From Girardia tigrina (lineage: Eukaryota), in the NCBI GenBank assembly GCA_001938485.1, contig MQRK01249724.1:1-64000 (forward strand): DNA of 64,000 nt, given 5' to 3'. Within the stretch, counting starts at the first letter, position 1, and every line of letters starts with the position of its first letter. Shown here in pieces: positions 52,998 to 64,000 of the stretch. The position numbers were made by a program, and so were the translations under genes. The notes under the pieces were generated by a model that was not told the origin of the DNA, did no database searches, and saw nothing but the letters and a program-made list of their open reading frames with translations.

Positions 52998-54238
52998 TTG
53001 AATTTCGGTAAATTTGAATATTTTAACAAAAAATTAATAAAGAAACCAAGGTTTTTTTAAAAATTTTTTTATTGAATTGAAATTGTGATCATTTTTTAAG
53101 AGGACACATACACGCAGGTACAACCAATCAAATTCACAAAACTCTTTACCTTGACACACATACACAATTAATCATATTTACATTCACCCATAGGCGCCCA
53201 CAGAACTTTTTCCTATGGGGAAAAATAAAACTTATCTTAGGTAAGCCTCCCACGACTGATCGGATAACTGAGTATTATAGACCTTTGTGAGTCATAAAAA
53301 AGAAAAGGAGGATAGTGTAGCTCGACTGTCCCCCAGTACGTTTAGATGGGCCCCATCTAACACAATTGATCCTTAGACCGCAAGGATCCAGAGATATCAT
53401 GTTACACGTAGCCAGGTATTGCCACCATCGTCCCATCACCTTAATGAACCTTTATAGAACCCTAGAAGAAAAATTAATTAACAAATGTTGGGACCAGAAA
53501 GTTTTTCCTTCACGTAAGCCTCTGGCCTATTCATTGCACCGGCACCGAGGCACCAGAATCTAAAAAACTAAAAATAACATATTATAATTATAATTTATAA
53601 TTAATTAATTAAAAAAGAGAAACTTTTAATTGGTTTTGACCCTTGGATCCTGTCGATTTGAATATTTTATTGTGAGAATTTGATTTGTTGACGTGGGTTT
53701 GATAGGAATTTTGGCCATCTCCGGGTTGTTTCTATCTGTACACTGTTGACTTAGTGATGGATGATTGTAGGTTGACTGTGACAATTTTCTGCTTACTGGT
53801 TCTGTGAGTTTTTGTGACGAAAGATTGGTATAAATTCGTCTGAATTTGTACACTCTACCAGAACTTTTATCATCAAATATTTTTTAAAAGGAATTTGACT
53901 TGGTGTATTTTACCTTTTATTTTTTTTGTTGATGGAGGTTTGGGGATGTCCTCATGGTTGCCGATCCGTCCATGGGTAACAGCAGGTGCTGATAGTGCCT
54001 GTCGAGACGGTTGACGATCAGGTAGTAAATATTTCTCGAGGATATTTGCAAGCTACCGATCTGTCAATAAGGGACGACGGGTGCTTTTAGTACCTGCCGA
54101 GCCTGTTGACGATCTGGATGTGAAAAGACGTTATTGTTAAACTGAGGATTTGTCTTTACTTATCTCCATCAACTATTTTTTATTTATTTTTTTTATTTTT
54201 TAACATCAATAAATCCACTTTTCATCCTCATTTAGTTA

Positions 54239-54990
54239 ATGAATCGACCAATTTATGAAAAAGAAGATAGAGGGTTGTTTCGCGAGCTTCAGAAAAGGAG
54301 GAAAGAAATTGACAAAATTACAAAAGAGTTATCCGAAAAAACAGAGCTCGAGGAATACAGAAGAATTTCAGTTCACAAACCTATGGTGGACAAATATTTG
54401 TTATCGCAACAAAAAATAAAGGCCTTACAGGTTGAAATTACCGAGTTGAGGATTCAACAAAATATGTCGGAGTACCGCAAATAGATCATAAAGAAAATCT
54501 CCCAAGAAGATCCTGCGACGATGAGACTGCTTCTAGAATTGCAGCAAAGGAACCCATGGATGCGAAAGATGGAAACCTTGCTTCATCTTCAACAATTCAT
54601 GCATCTATCACTAAGGAATATATGATGGCATCAATGACCAGCAAAATGAGCCGAACAAAGAAAAGGCGCGAGCAAAGAAAACGAAAGGCGCAACTATTCC
54701 AACAAGCAGAAACTGAATTGAAAAAGATTCAACCATTCTGATTCGTACCAAAAGAAGCAGAAAAATATCCAGCAAAGCGGATTTGAAATAGAAGAGACTC
54801 CTTACTTTAAAATGAATGAACAACTCATGGCTACAGACCCTGGCGGTGTATTCAATGGAATGCGAAAATTGTTTGATGTTAAGTCAAAGGAACAACAAGC
54901 TCGCCTTCGCTTTCGATCCATTACGACTGGACAGGGAGAGGAGTTTATAGTTTTATCCGATTCGGAAAACTGATGATGAGGAGTGGATTA
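54239..54990 (+). pseudogene. Disrupted coiled-coil/basic ORF of unknown origin (possibly a retroelement accessory ORF)
   Basis: Adjacent ORFs 54239-54484 and 54556-54741 with charged composition; no recognisable domain. Confidence 0.3.
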
Positions 54991-55260
54991 ATTGATTTAT
55001 CGGATGATTTCAATTTTTAATAAATCTTTAATATGCAAAGTTTTGTTCATGTTCTTTTCAGTAAACATATAAAATCCAATTTAAAATCAAATAGTAGAGA
55101 AATGATAAGATAAATAATTGAATATAAGAGTCGTAAGAACCCGAGAGCTGCTTGATTCTCCTCACATGTTAGAATCATAGGGCCATGAGTATAATCGGGC
55201 ATGATATTGATCTCTGATAAATGATAGGTAGAGACACTCTGTAGAGAGGCATATCAAAAT

Positions 55261-55382
55261 AATATGTTGGGTCAAAATAAACTCAGATGCTAAATCATAC
55301 CATGAAACAAATAAATTTATTTAATAAAATTAAAATAATAATTTCACACCCAACATATTGTTTTTAGCACCCAACGTGGGGC
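55261..55382 (+). mobile_element. Miniature/internally deleted LTR followed by a tRNA-Lys primer binding site
   Basis: aataTGTTGGGT...ACCCAACAtatt is a 12 bp inverted repeat (TG at 55265, CA at 55355) with an internal AATAAA. TAGCACCCAACGTGGGGC (55365-55382) matches the Lys1,2 PBS TGGCGCCCAACGTGGGGC at 16/18. Confidence 0.65.
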
Positions 55383-56206
55383 ATGCCGGCATAATATTAT
55401 TTTGATCAGATAAAAACCAACTTATTCAAGTTTCGGTAGTGTTATAGGTTTTTATTTGAACATAAAGAAACGTTTATTTCTCCTGATAAAAACGATGGTG
55501 AAATTTATCATGTAAAATATCATACATAAAATATAAACTGAATAAAATAAAACACGAAATGTACAATAAACGGAATCCTTTAATAATTGAAAATAATATT
55601 ATAAATCAATTAAAATAAAATCTTTTACCGACGGGAAGGTTACTTATATGGTTTCTAATTCCTTATCATGATAACCCCATCAAAAATTTATATCATACGT
55701 TCTTCTTTTGGAGATCGTATTAGGAAGAAATAACCATATTTCTTTTTTTTAAAAAAATAATGTACTTGAAAATAATAATTGAATAACAATAATCCTTTGC
55801 TTTGAAAATGTATAGATACACAATCACAGTTTTCAAATCATTTATCGAAGGAAGTTGAAATCAACAAAGTATAATAATATTGTTTTTGATATTAATATTC
55901 AGAACTTAATTTATTGGTAATCAACAACTTGTTCTCATATCTTTTACAAATAATATGCTAAGAGAAAGTATTAGTAACGCTTCATAATATCAAAATAACT
56001 AAAAAAATATATTAAGTGAGTGCATAAGTTCTGAATCTTATTATGGAATTAGAGATATATGTGATTTGAATTTTATTAAGTAAAATAATGATTTCATGAA
56101 TTGTTTCGTTTTAGGATTACTAAAATTCGTCCATTTATGATTATGAAAAAAATCAGATGCAATTTAAATCATCAAATATTCACTGGACAATCATCACTAA
56201 ATTTAA

Positions 56207-56374
56207 CACATTGAATGCTGAGTACGAGATATCTCATACTTTGGCTTACATTACTAAGACGCTAAGTACGAGATATCTGCTGCGCGCATGAGATATGCCT
56301 GCGGCGCGGCAGTAAACTTTTTTGTCCCACGCGTAGCAGAAGTTCGATGCATGATGTCAACAGCAGTCAATGTG
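56207..56374. mobile_element. piggyBac-family MITE (168 bp)
   Basis: TTAA on both sides; 14 bp TIRs CACATTGAATGCTG / CAGCAGTCAATGTG (1 mismatch); internal TACGAGATATCT repeats. Confidence 0.85.
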
Positions 56375-59049
56375 TTAAAATAAATTAGTTCGATTAAAAC
56401 AAAAAGAAATTAAATTTCTTTAAACATTGGATGATTTGAGTATATTTCTTTCAATCAAATTTTGAGTAATTCAGATGAATTGTTGTTTGTTTTTTTTTAA
56501 GTTATAGTAATAAATATTAAAACAATAATTCGTTTTTTTGTATTTAAATAGTAAAATAAAAAAGTAACTTCCTACTTTCAAATTTGATGAGGGACTATGT
56601 GGATCTTTGCGAATGCTACATTGGATTTAGTTCTTGCAGAGAACTTTATGGTTTGAATGTTCTCAGATAGATCATGATTAGTTTGATGAGAGCCTCGTGT
56701 TTCTGATGGTCTTGAGCATCTGTTCGTTTTGCGGAATCTGGTAAAAAAAATAATAAATTGACGAAAATATAGTAATAACATCATAACTGATTTTGGAGGT
56801 CCAGCACAACGAAAGTCATGGAATTTTCTTTTATAAATCATTGTTTTATTCGTGAAAAGAAATAAACACAATATAATAGAAGTATATTTTGCAGGATACC
56901 ATTGTTAAAAAATAATAGTCCAGATAAATCGATGAACTACTATTTTTACCCAAAAAAAGAAAAAATATGACGTGATACTAACCAAACCAATTTCGGTTAT
57001 TAAAGGTTTAGTGAATTTAGTATATCTGATTGCAAACAAGTAATGGTAGTGGGAAGAAATAAATGATATGACAACCAAACAAAATAGTTATCAATAACTT
57101 TTATTAACTCAACTTTTAAAAAGTAGCAAACCAGTCTTTTGAATCGATCAAATGTACGTTAGTGTCGTCAGAGAAAATTTCGATTGAGATAGATTCTATT
57201 GCGGATTTTGTTAGTGTCGTCAGAGAAAATTTCGTATATTGCTTCAGTTTTCGCAAATAAATAGTTAATAAATAGATAATAAAATTATCTGCAGCCAAAA
57301 GAAAATAATTTGTTATTATAGGCTATCGATTTTATAATTTGTGATTGATCTCGTTTTGAATTTTTAATTTAAAACGAAATCATAGCTACATAATTATAAT
57401 CTCGTAGTGATAATTATAATTTTGTAACATAATTATAATCTTTCATAAAATTACAATTTCTTTCTTTCAGTCTTTCTTCTTTTCCTTTACATTCTTTTGT
57501 AAATTACATTCTTTATAAATGAAATAAGCCATAAATAAAATTTATCACAAAAAATAAAAAAACAAAAAATAACAAATATCGCATGCCATAAAGGCAAATA
57601 AAAAAATACATACATATATAAAAATACTCACGACATAAATATGGCACTACAACCATCATTCCTTGCTTTTCAATTTAATAGGGAATTCATAATTTGATTC
57701 CTGTTATAAAAAAGAAATTTTTCTACAAGGGGTAGATAACTTATACATCTGGAGTTTGGAATTGATGGCAGGAATATGGCGAGAGATTTTGTTTTGTTTT
57801 TAATCAATTTTTATACCATTTCATAAAATAGTGTGCATTCTGTGCGTCTTGAATAAAGACATATGATGAGAAAGAACGAAATTAAAACAACATTCGAAAA
57901 ATAATCAAAGTTTGTTTGTCCAGAAAGGAATCCGTACGATCAAATTTTTTTTAATAATTATTACCGAATGTCCTAATGATCCTTATCGATGTCCTAAAAT
58001 AAAAAATGAAAATTAAATATAAAACTTTTGTATCTTAAAAAATAAACAACTTACAACGTAAAAATACATTTAAATGACAGATTTCATTTAGTTAACCACA
58101 AAACTGTTATTTAAAACTGTTATTTTGTCTTAGTTTGTGAATACTTTCTGTTTAATATTAAATCTAGTAGGCCTGGCACCAGCCTTTTTTATGGGGAACA
58201 AAAACAAACAAATTCTTTGTTCTCATATATACAGCCATGAGAATATATATATTAATATATATATAATAATAAATTATTTACCTATTTACCATAATAAATA
58301 TAAATTATCTATAAATAATAGAGATAAAATTTAAAGAAAACGTAAATAATCAAATAAAGAATTTTAAGAAAATTATATTGAAAAGGAAAATAGAACTTTC
58401 ATTTAGCAAATATGATTAAATTAAAAGACCGAAAGAATATAAAAGAAAAAGACACACAAAAAGGTGCCCTGAAAGAACATAAAAAGACACAATAAAGAAA
58501 TTATATTTTTTATTTTTAAAGGCGAATTTTCGAAATCAGATTAATTATTACGGAATTCTAAAAATTCACGTAACATAATTAATTCAGACCCCCACTGAGA
58601 TATAGTGAAAAGTTATCTGAATTAATTAACCACTTGCCTGAGTTAATTAATATGCTCTGATCGTATATAAACCTCTCAGTCAGAGGAAAGAAAAGATTTA
58701 TTTGAATTAACGTTTGAAAAGTGCAAATAAATAGAATTAAGAAGTGCGGCTATATCATATAATTTATATATTTAACTTTGTTCGGCGCAAGTATTAATTG
58801 CTTCACCAACTATTTAAAATCTTAAAATCTCGAGTGACTAAATTTTAAACTTCACCTGTAAAATATTCTGTAAACAATTGTAGATATTAAATAAATATTT
58901 TTAATCGAACTTGGTTTCTTTCTTGTTGAAAAATTTTTTTAATCTCCTGAATTATATGGTTTCCATCACTTTCAATTTCCTTTTGCCATCTTGTTGGCTT
59001 CAACACTGGGTTTCATTTTCATGTAATTCATTGAACGAATTTACCGGAG

Positions 59050-59320
59050 AACGACCATCTATGTGAAAGAGATATGTAGATGATATATTTTTGATTTTGA
59101 GAGATAAATCTTATTTAAAATCATTCTTAAGTTTCATGAATTCTATTCATCAAATTATCATTTTCCCGACAGAATTTGAGAATAATAAAAATCTCCTATT
59201 CATTGATGTTCTTGTAAAACGATTAAATGTAAAATATGAAACAGAATGCTATAGAAAATCTACAAATACAGGACTTTATACATAATCGAAAGTTATTGTG
59301 AGGAGAGGTACAAATGTTGA
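59050..59320 (+). mobile_element. Penelope-like element reverse transcriptase fragment
   Basis: RPSM*KRYVDDIFLI..FLSFMNSIH..I.FPTEFENNKNLLFIDVLV..TECYRKSTNTGLY. Confidence 0.85.
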
Positions 59321-59364
59321 GTATTAAAAATCTTTAATATAATTATTTACTTTTTAAACACAAA

Positions 59365-59460
59365 CCTTAAATCTTTAATCTTAAATCTGTAATCTTTAAT
59401 CTGTAATCTTTAATCTGTAATCTTTAATCTGAATTCTTTAATCTGAATTCTTTAATCTGA
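59365..59460. repeat. 14-15 bp tandem repeat (aatctttaatctgt / aattctttaatctg)
   Basis: Direct observation. Confidence 0.85.
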
Positions 59461-61333
59461 CTCCAATTATTCAGAAAGGACTTCCAACATAAATATGTAG
59501 ACAACGAACACAAATTATTTTATGAGATTTTATTTTAAATAACAAAAATTAACAAGTCAAAAATAATAATAATTCAATTCTTGATGACAGACCACAAACA
59601 CAAGTCAATATTTCGTGCGAGTTAACAGATTACAGTAAAGACTGTGAATCTCCAAAAACGAACGATGATTTGATTAAAACTTAAAAATTAAAAAACCTTT
59701 TTCTCCCATACGGAATACTTATGGTTTTTTAAAAAAACAATATTTTAAAGAATAAAATAAAAATAACAGAATTTTAAAAAAAATACTAAGCACTTTTCAT
59801 AATGCACTCAAAAGGACAAAATAACTTCTCTGGGTCAGAAAAGACAATTTTAGTGTACCCTCAGTTTTCAATNNNNNNNNNNNNNNNNNNNNNNNNNNNN
59901 NNNNNNNNNNNNNNNNNNNNNNNNNNNNNNNNNNNNNNNNNNNNNNNNNNNNNNNNNNNNNNNNNNNNNNNNNNNNNNNNNNNNNNNNNNNNNNNNNNNN
60001 NNNNNNNNAAGAGAAATTTCTGATCATTTTCTAGCTTTTATTTATAAATTCGTGTATTATTACATGCTTATTTTTCTTAACGAGAAAGTTTGGGTTGAAA
60101 CGATATGAGCCGCACTTTTCTTCGTTCAAAATTATTTCTATGTTCAAAATTATTGTTCCACGTTATTAGTGAAATTGGAGCGATAAAACAAACGAAAATG
60201 TCGAGTTATGTAATAATTTAACTTTATGATTTATTTAGTTGGTTATTTTATTGATTTACTATCTACGAGATTAAAATTATCCAGAGTTAACTCGAAAATT
60301 ATTTTGTTGGCAATGATTTGCTGAAACAATAAATCGAATAGTTTACAACCTTGTTAAAACCCAAATTAGTTTAGTAGGGGCTTATTGAACTAAAAGTGAA
60401 TTAATAGAAGAGTTTGTCGATCAAGTGATTTAGAGAAATTAATTGGATAATCGAATTCAGTAAATCACTTGATTACGAGTTTCTTTATGAAATAAGTCTA
60501 ACAATATTATTATAAATCTAAGTGACATTCATACAATTGACATAATTACCGTAAATGTGAACGATAAGACACGAATGAAATAAGTGGGAATTCCGAATGG
60601 TAAAATCACCATACCTGGGAGAGCAAGGGGCTGGTTGTCGATATACTGTTCGCATAGATAAACCAATACAAGGCAACTGTACCAAGGAAACCGCCAATTA
60701 CGATAACGATATTTAATAATGTTGTTATATCACAATTGAAAGTGCTGGAATTACGACAGTGCCGCAAGTCTCATCACACTGCATTACTACAAGTCCTACA
60801 CAACATAACACAATGCCATAAGTTACAGACAGACTTAACAATGCAATAAGTCCAGTACATAATACATAACAACGCAACAAGTTTACAACATATAAAAGTA
60901 ATAACTTCGAACATAATACATATATCATCCCCGATCGACTCTGAGTTAGGTGGGGGGCCCATAGCCTATCCCGTCTTTATCCGAACCCGAAGGCCCTTCA
61001 GACTCGGCACTGCTAGCCAGATGTCGAGCGAGAAGAGGCGTCCGACCCGCGTATATAAAGATATAAATCAATATTAAATAGATGTTGGGTTGTGATTGAC
61101 CATTAACAATCACTGGGGGCTCTTGAGTCAACAAAAATGTTTCCACTCAACGGGGTCGTGACAAATCTGACTCCAATTAATCAGTAAGGACTTCCAACAT
61201 GAATATATAAATAATGAATACCAATTCTTTTATGAAACTTTATTTCAAATAACAAAAATTAACACGTCAAAAATAATAATAATAATTCAATTCTTGATGA
61301 CAGAACACAAACACAAATCAATATTTCGTGCGA
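59454..61333 (+). repeat. ~168 bp direct repeats at 59454-59620 and 61164-61333
   Basis: aatctgactccaatta.tcag.aaggacttccaacat...tcaatatttcgtgcga at both sites. Confidence 0.9.
60200..61163 (-). mobile_element. LTR-like repeat family A, copy 4
   Basis: Homologous to 19xxx-20043; minus-strand start TGTCACGACCCC; left boundary approximate. Confidence 0.65.
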
Positions 61334-62027
61334 ATTTCGAGCAGCGGAATGATTGTAATAAATTTTTATTTTTTGGTTTTAATTTGGTTTTGTCAATCGT
61401 TATATGTGATAATAATATACATAGTTTTCAAGATTGTTTTATTTATTTAAAAAACAACGAAGTGGGGATTATTCAAAGCGAACAAAATATTGTAACAAAG
61501 TGTTACAAAAGGGAAGAAAGGGTTTTAAATCTTGGAAAATTACGTTACGTAATAAATGGATGGCCATTTGTAAAAAATAAATTATTCTATTTCTCAAAAA
61601 ATATTGCTGAATAGAAAAAGAATCGCATTCGATTATTCTGTTAATTTATTTTGGACAACAAATAATTAATCACGGAACTGTTACCCTGAGATTTTTTCAA
61701 ACAGTTTCGAAATATAATCTCTTTTCTCGTTAAATCCCTGTGATCATTACTCCATTTGTTTCATCTTATCTTTTCCTTATTGTTGGTTAACTAAATAATT
61801 CAATCATAATCAAATACATTTTATTTTTATTTAATTAACATTTAAGTAAAGGTTGATTAATTTTTTAAAATGAATATCTCTTGGAATAATTTATGTATTC
61901 AAAAAAATAATTTCTAATATCAAATTCTAATTAATTTAGAATTATTTCATATATTTTAACTAGAATTGTACACTGGCGCAAAATTAAATATTTTTATGAA
62001 TAATCAGCCATCTTTGTATCTGAAATA

Positions 62028-63522
62028 CTTAGGCTATCCCAAAAGTCCTCAGGTGGCCTTTAAAAACACACTAATATTCTACCAAATTTAATCAAATTTA
62101 GACTGAATATTATTCAGACTGTCATAAATACTGTGTTAAAATTTCAAAGCATAAAATTTGACACTTACCAAAAAAAATAATATTATTAACCAACAAAAAA
62201 AAATAGATGCAGCGAATTTAAAAATTTATTTAAAAAAAATATTTTAAAAATTTCTTAAGCAACAACATATTCACCATTGTTGTCAATAACCAACTGACAA
62301 TAGTTAAAAAGTTTATCTAGTTGATTTTTTAATGTTTCTGTTGATAAAGAATTAAAAAATAATTTACAAGCTTCTTCAATTTCTTCATGTGATTTGAAAA
62401 CATGATTTTTAAAACTTTTTTCCATTTTTGAAAATAATAATCTGTCACACAGATTAAAATCTGGACTAAAGGGCGATTGATAATTTTTTTTCAATTTTTC
62501 TTCTTTCAAAAAAAAAGTTTTTTCTTTGCTAGAATGAGGTCTTGCATTATCATGCCACCCCTTAAGTTCCTTTAGCTTAATGCTGTTAGATCTAAGTTTC
62601 CGCCATTTTTCACCGGTTTCATGAACAAAGTTCACATACGCCTCGGAATCAATCTTGGTACCATATGACAGTGCTTTTACATTAAAACGTTTGTCGCAGG
62701 TAAAGGTTACGAAAACGATAGATTTTTTATCAGTTATTGGCGATGGCTTTATCACTTTTGGTGGAACAGCATTAGAAGGAATCCAAACTTTGTGATCTTT
62801 CTTTCCTCTACCTTGGAAAAAACCCGTCTCATTCTCGATCGCTATGTTGGAATATGCTTCATCACCCATCTGTGAAATTACATGGCGTATATGCTTTGCA
62901 GTGTTAATGCGTTGTTGTTTATTAGTAGCAGAAAGTTCGTGAGGGACTCAAACAGAGCAAACTCTTTTGTAATGAAGTTTTTCACGCAAAATTTTGTGGA
63001 CTGTATTTTTGCCTAAAGAAAGTTCATTTTCAATATAACCCAAAGACGCATTTGGAGCTTCATCAATCACTTCTTTGACTGCTTTAATCTTTTCATCGTC
63101 TATTAATAACGGCCTGTCACTTCTTGATGAATCGTCGAAGGACGTCCGCTTTTCTTTTTTAAAATCAGTCAACCATCGTTGAATAGTTTTCAGTGCTGAG
63201 TGATTTGCGTCTTCCCATGCCTACTGAAGTTGCTGAAGAATTTCTGAAGCAGAGAATCCTCTTTTACTTTGAGTTAGAACAAAAAAACGTTGGCAACATT
63301 TATTTGGTCTCATTGTTAAAAACCGCTTGATTTGAATTCGCTGCACTTTTAAAATTTCAATACTTTAATAAAACAAAATTTTACTTTTTTTAATTTTATG
63401 CTTTGAAATTTTAGCACAGTATTTATGACAGTCTGAATAATATTCAGTCCAAATTTGGTTAAATTTGGTAAAATATTAGTGTGTTTTTAAAGGCCACTTG
63501 AGGACTTTTGGGACAGCCTAAG
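62028..63522 (-). mobile_element. Full-length mariner (DD34D-type) transposon with 131 bp TIRs and TA TSD
   Basis: TA|CTTAGGC...GCCTAAG|TA; TIRs at 62028-62158 and 63392-63522. Confidence 0.95.
62255..63313 (-). pseudogene. Mariner transposase with two in-frame stops
   Basis: MRPNKCCQRFFV..LQ*AW..IQRWLTDFKK..SRSDRP..CSV*VPHEL (WVPHEL), IENET (first catalytic D replaced by N), HDNARPH and PFSPDFNLCD, with 34 residues between the second and third D. Confidence 0.92.
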
Positions 63523-63819
63523 TATATTATTTTATTTATCTTCAAAATGAAAGCGCTTCTATTTTTTCTTTTAATTTAATGTTTTTTTAGTATTAACATA
63601 TTTGACATTTTCTTTTTACATATACATTGATATAGAAATAATTTTGACTGAATTAAATTAATAATGAATGAAAATTAATAATAAACTCATTCATTAAAAA
63701 AATGTAACTTAATGAAATTGTTATCTTTATAAAATTTGGATTCAAACATGAATATAATAAAGTTATTTTTCGACTAAAATAACTTGAAATATAAAATATT
63801 AAAAAATATTTTAAAAGTA

Positions 63820-64000
63820 CTATGTGTATAAATTTAAATCAGCTGTTTACTTGTAGATGACGTCAGTGAGCATATTAAGCTACCAAAGAAACATCATACT
63901 ATTTTGTTTGAATGGAAAGCTTTGTTTTTTGGCTTTAATTTCTAGAAATCGGCTGCTGAACAACATCGACTACTTGTGAAAGCCTATGGTGAGAGTGCAT
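63820..64000 (+). mobile_element. 5' end of a second, Mos1/mauritiana-like mariner (runs off the window)
   Basis: KALFFGFNF*KSAAEQHRLLVKAYGESA resembles the Mos1 N-terminus (LIFCFHLKKTAAESHRMLVEAFGE); TA plus a TIR-like sequence at 63818-63848. Confidence 0.75.

Overview
Very AT-rich eukaryotic (probably invertebrate) draft-genome segment with four N gaps and no intact host gene. It is mostly decayed, often nested transposons: hAT, Tc1/mariner/pogo, piggyBac MITE, MULE-like and Helentron-like ends, LTR elements and solo LTRs, Penelope pieces, and a NeSL-type non-LTR retrotransposon with a Ulp1 protease relic. There are two clear host pseudogenes (a RIO-family kinase and DDX52/ROK1). The most unusual item is a ~3.3 kb Polinton/Maverick-like mini-element (25438-28740). 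It has a ~220 bp AGTAG-terminated palindromic left end, ~120-150 bp inverted repeats, subterminal tandem repeats, and one reading frame fusing a parvovirus-type phospholipase A2 domain to a Polinton-type integrase. Other highlights are a Penelope-type hammerhead ribozyme in an inverted repeat, a full-length mariner with 131 bp TIRs, a 1.5 kb solo LTR with an exact TSD, and a diverged LTR family sharing a C(UUCG)G hairpin motif. All calls come from manual reading and translation; no database searches were run, and boundaries of decayed relics are approximate.
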